Positions 61,001 through 64,000 of a DNA stretch of 64,000 bases are shown here, in pieces. Position 1 is the stretch's first letter. Each line of letters starts with the position of its first letter. Where the stretch lies: positions 37,573 through 101,572 of the forward strand of contig NMRA01000913.1 of assembly GCA_002633005.1 (NCBI GenBank), read 5' to 3'. Under the pieces are notes generated by a model, which made no database searches, was not told the DNA's origin, and worked only from the letters and a program-made list of their open reading frames with translations. The DNA comes from Phoronis australis (lineage: Eukaryota; Animalia; Phoronida). A program made the translations under genes and the position numbers.

Positions 61001-61517
61001 TTTTTTCATCGAACATTTTCTCCTTTTGCACATTTCAAACTTAGCCACTCTAATGCACGTGTTAGGGAGCACTGATGCAACTTTCACGTCGGCAACAGCC
61101 TTTGAATGTCAGTTGTGAAGAACAGTAATGCCGTACCTGCGTGTAAGAACTCAATTTTGCGACCTGAAATTTGTGAGTATTTATCGCCGCGGGAAAGAGC
61201 GTAATCTTAACATTTTCTCGATGATTTAAAAGCTATTTATTGGCGTAAAATGGCGGGAAAATTTTGCAACCTAGCATTCATGAATTCGACCTGAATTTTG
61301 AAAATGCGACCTGGGATTTTGGCTAGATCGCAAAATGCGACTTGGCGATTTTCATAGCATCGAGCCCTGCCATGTATGTGTTACATGAAGTGTGTGATAA
61401 ATTTGTATACCTGTGTTTCAGGAAACTTTGGAGAGTCATCTAGACAGTATAGACAAAGAGCTGGGATCCATAAGAATGGCACTGAAACGAAATCATGTGC
61501 TCAAGACTAATATTTAG
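51586..61517 (+). CDS. MPHOSPH9: M-phase phosphoprotein 9-like, 3' part; join(51586-52008,53447-53538,54093-54217,55436-55534,57484-57543,61422-61517)
   Basis: Six GT-AG exons with compatible phases (2,2,1,0,0,0). The C-terminus 'DLERRLDELLVEKRTTESQLS...RKRKETLESHLDSIDKELGSIRMALKRNHVLKTNI*' resembles the MPHOSPH9 C-terminal coiled coil (recalled as ..ERFFDELTKEK.QIEAALS...EALEDRLERINRELGSVRMTLKKFHVL). AATAAA at 61653-61658. Confidence 0.82.
52320..53420 (+). mobile_element. Degraded, 5'-truncated HINE-family copy
   Basis: Core repeats plus 3' end GTGGGCGC...CAACGCTGCACGTTG. Confidence 0.65.
53447..53538 (+). CDS. MPHOSPH9: MPHOSPH9-like exon (FDVAAGTKKTPKE...)
   Basis: tttcag| acceptor; donor AAG|GTCAGA chosen because its phase fits the next exon. 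Confidence 0.6.
54093..54217 (+). CDS. MPHOSPH9: MPHOSPH9-like exon (DRVNGYVDG...RSKLSE)
   Basis: gtttcag| acceptor, GAG|GTAAAT donor, open frame. Confidence 0.68.
55436..55534 (+). CDS. MPHOSPH9: MPHOSPH9-like exon (TKQMDPG...LERRLDELLVEKRT)
   Basis: accacag| acceptor, ACC|GTAAGT donor; coiled-coil sequence. Confidence 0.82.
55850..56900 (+). mobile_element. Degraded HINE-family core-repeat array
   Basis: Repeated TTTCATGAAATTTGGC / GCCACCTRGTGG / GGCTGTATCT units. Confidence 0.6.
57074..57438. repeat. 16-bp G/T-rich minisatellite (~22 copies)
   Basis: (GTGTATTGGTGGGCGT)n. Confidence 0.95.
57484..57543 (+). CDS. MPHOSPH9: MPHOSPH9-like exon (TESQLSHVGPSSSRENRKRK)
   Basis: ttattttag| acceptor, AAG|GTAGGT donor. 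Confidence 0.78.
58454..58672 (+). mobile_element. 5'-truncated retroposed 3' end (LINE-type) nested in the hAT-like copy
   Basis: AT-rich insert absent from the other two copies; AATAAA at 58656 followed by an A-run; flanked by a ~20-bp imperfect duplication (CCACTAATAGCCAAACGA / CTACTAGCAGCCAAACGA). Confidence 0.65.
59004..60351 (+). mobile_element. Young HINE copy spanning an assembly gap, 3'-truncated
   Basis: Both gap flanks are near-identical to parts of 49689-51330. Confidence 0.8.
59154..60078. other. Assembly gap (N run)
   Basis: 925 N. Confidence 1.
61422..61517 (+). CDS. MPHOSPH9: MPHOSPH9-like terminal exon
   Basis: gtgtttcag| acceptor; ETLESHLDSIDKELGSIRMALKRNHVLKTNI*. Confidence 0.87.
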   Translation, partial: ETLESHLDSIDKELGSIRMALKRNHVLKTNI

Positions 61518-61866
61518 TTCTGGTGTGGATAATTCAAGTTAGTGTTTACCCTTAGTGTGGTACAAAATTGTTGGAGGACTCTTAGTGTGAGAATAGTTAC
61601 TGTTGATTGTGAACTTATTATTTCACATTGATTCCTTTGTGTTGTAAGTGCAAATAAATACACAGCACTTTAACTGTACCTGTGTCAATTTAAGTCTCAA
61701 TGCTTTATTAGAAGTAAGAATGAGTTGAACTCAAAGAATGGTTAATGTGTAAATAGTCTTGAATCTTGTCAATTCTGTTAAACAATTATTGCATGTTAGT
61801 GATATTACAATTATTATTAAAATTGGTATTATTTTTTCTTATTGGTTCGTTCTTTTTGCATTGTCC

Positions 61867-63163
61867 TTTTTATGCACCCACTCATTTATGCCGCTATCCC
61901 TGTCCATCCGTCGCCGTCCGCTGCTGTATGTCCAAGACCCCTGGATGGAGTTCGATGAAATATTGCAGACATGGGTGGGACGGCATGAACAAATTTTCGG
62001 GCAAATCCAATTCAGTACCTGCGTGGGCCTCTCTGGTAATTTTGTTTTTTTAACATTTTCCTGGACAGTATGTTCAGTGTTCCAGGACAGATTTTCATGA
62101 GGTATCTATTAAAGAGACAATGTCATCTCGTTTTTGAATGGATTCAACATTTCCTGCGCCACCTAGTGGTATTTTTTACTGTTTTCGAGCATCCCTCTGT
62201 CTGTTAGTCAAACCACACAAAGGGTGATTAGGAACTGTGAAGAGGGCGGCTGATGATGATGTTCGGAAGGCTCCAACTACTGTGTCATCTAGTGGCAATT
62301 CAGTTGCCTCTGCGGTTGTACCTCATGATTACTGCTAGAACTTTGTCAGATTTGGAAAGTGTAGCTTTATGGAAATGACAAGAGATGACGACTTTGGGAC
62401 GGATCGGACAGCCACTGTGTCTCCTAGTGACATTTTTCCCTCTGCATGTTCGGGGAGTTCCTTAATGGATATACATAAAATTTGGCAAATCTGAGATGAC
62501 ACCACCTTCTCAATTTCGGACGGATTTGACATATTTTGCACCACCTAGTGGCTACTTCTGTTTGAGTCTGCCTCTCTATTGGCCAAATCACTGAAGTAAA
62601 ATTTGGCATGTGTACATTCTGGGAAGTGCATGGCTGACGGCGATTTTGAAAGGCTTCAACTGCTGTGGCGCTCTCTTGTGGCAACTAGATTTTTTGTCGT
62701 CTTGACGGATCTTCATGAAATTTTGATTCGTGTTTCTATTGAGAAAAGTGCAACTCAGTAACGCGGATTTTAGAACACCAGTCTGACTGCTACGGAATCG
62801 CAACTTTTTGTAAGCGTTTGTCGTTATGTCTACCAAGTTTCGTGATTTCGTGGAACATGGTTACTGTCCTGTAGGCAACTGTACCTGCCCTATTTCAGAT
62901 GGATTTGACCAACGTTGTGCACTCTAGTGGCGTTTCTTTTGTGTTTGTCCCCTTAGTCTTTTGCCGTCCTGCCCTCCAAAATTCTTCAAGAATCGTGATG
63001 AAGACAGACGTTTTCATATTGTAGAGGTTATTCTGAATTGCACCATCTAGTAGAGATTCTTATTTAGTCAACTAGTATTTTTTCGTTCCGCAATCATCTG
63101 GAGATTGCGCTGTATGAGATGCAGGCGGTGAGTACATAACAACGTCCGCGTTGCCCCTTGTTT
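61867..63163 (+). mobile_element. Degraded full-length HINE-family copy
   Basis: TTTTTATGCACCCAC start, GTCC microsatellite, core repeats, and 3' CAACG-TCCG-CGTTG...CTTGTTT. Confidence 0.7.
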
Positions 63164-64000
63164 AAGTCGTAATCAGTTAACAATCCTACCTTGGTAAGCA
63201 CAGAAAGGGAGTTGCTAACTAGAGAATGGAAAGTCTGGCAGTTCAGTCGAAGTAATCATCGACTCATTAACGCATTTACTTTGGCCCCGTGCGTTTATGT
63301 TGAATAAATTGACAGTAGGATAACAAGTCTAGAATATATCATAATGGCGTTTCGGATGACATTGCCATTTTTATGACGCGATTTGGACCCTCAAATTGGA
63401 ACTTAGAAATGTATTATATTATTTTTTTTTCAAAAAATGTGCCAGTCTTTGATTTTTTCCGATTCAGATAACCACGGGAGGCAATTTGGCATTTGATTTT
63501 TTTTTACAAAATCATGTGTTAGGATTATTAATCAGTGTTGTCCGACAACGGCTGCACCCATTGTATAGGACGGTACTTCCGGAGAGTTCAGAAGGATTGC
63601 CGACTGACCAGGTTCATAGCCAGGTAGCAATTTTCGAAGTGTTTAGTAACTTACAGAGGTACGTAAATGTGGCCTAATAATTACCATTGTTTTTAATATT
63701 TGCATTTTAATTTTATTTGACTGGGTCCACGTCATTTTGACGTCACACTAAACAATTCAAGCACTAAGCAAGCAGGATAGAGGGACATTTGTTCAATTCG
63801 TTTATTTCAGTCTGAATTTGCTTGATGACAGCGATGCTCATTGCATAAAACTATTGGTTTCGTCCTGTCTTTAGCTGCTTATTTCTTTTTGCCTTTCTTC
63901 ACCAGGTAGTGCTGTTTACAGTAAGGCGCGCCTTGCCACTCAAAAAAGCTGGTGTCTCCGAACGCCTCATTGCATTCCTGAAATATCTTTATAATGACGC

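Larger units (their letters stand above)
57806..61369 (+). mobile_element. hAT-like (hAT5-type) element with nested insertions
   Basis: CAGGGCTC ... GAGCCCTG termini with an exact 5-bp TSD CCATG; colinear with 46358-48836. Confidence 0.85.

Overview
Repeat-rich, intron-rich animal genomic DNA, probably an invertebrate bilaterian (inference). There are two assembly gaps (10133-10931, 59154-60078). Four spliced genes were reconstructed by hand from splice sites and reading-frame phase. (1) The 3' part of an OTUD4/ALG13/Otu-family gene (+, six exons, 1361-15423). (2) A complete 11-exon EXOSC8/RRP43 gene (-, 35145-21568, 274 aa). (3) ALG5 exons 1-2 (+), head-to-head with EXOSC8 across a 170-bp bidirectional promoter, the same pairing as in vertebrates. 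(4) The last six exons of an MPHOSPH9-like gene (+, 51586-61517). These follow ALG5 exon 2 with neither the rest of ALG5 nor the start of MPHOSPH9 in between, which points to a rearrangement or misjoin. Introns are filled with transposons: Helentron-associated (HINE/DINE-like) elements whose internal repeats carry arrays of CTCF-like motifs, a CAGGG-ended hAT-like family with 5-bp TSDs, a Kolobok-like element with a decayed THAP domain, an Ngaro-like YR retrotransposon remnant with an apparent 5'UTR intron, foldback MITEs, tRNA-derived elements and many minisatellites. Most ORFs in the supplied track are spurious. All family calls rest on motif recall; no database searches were run.
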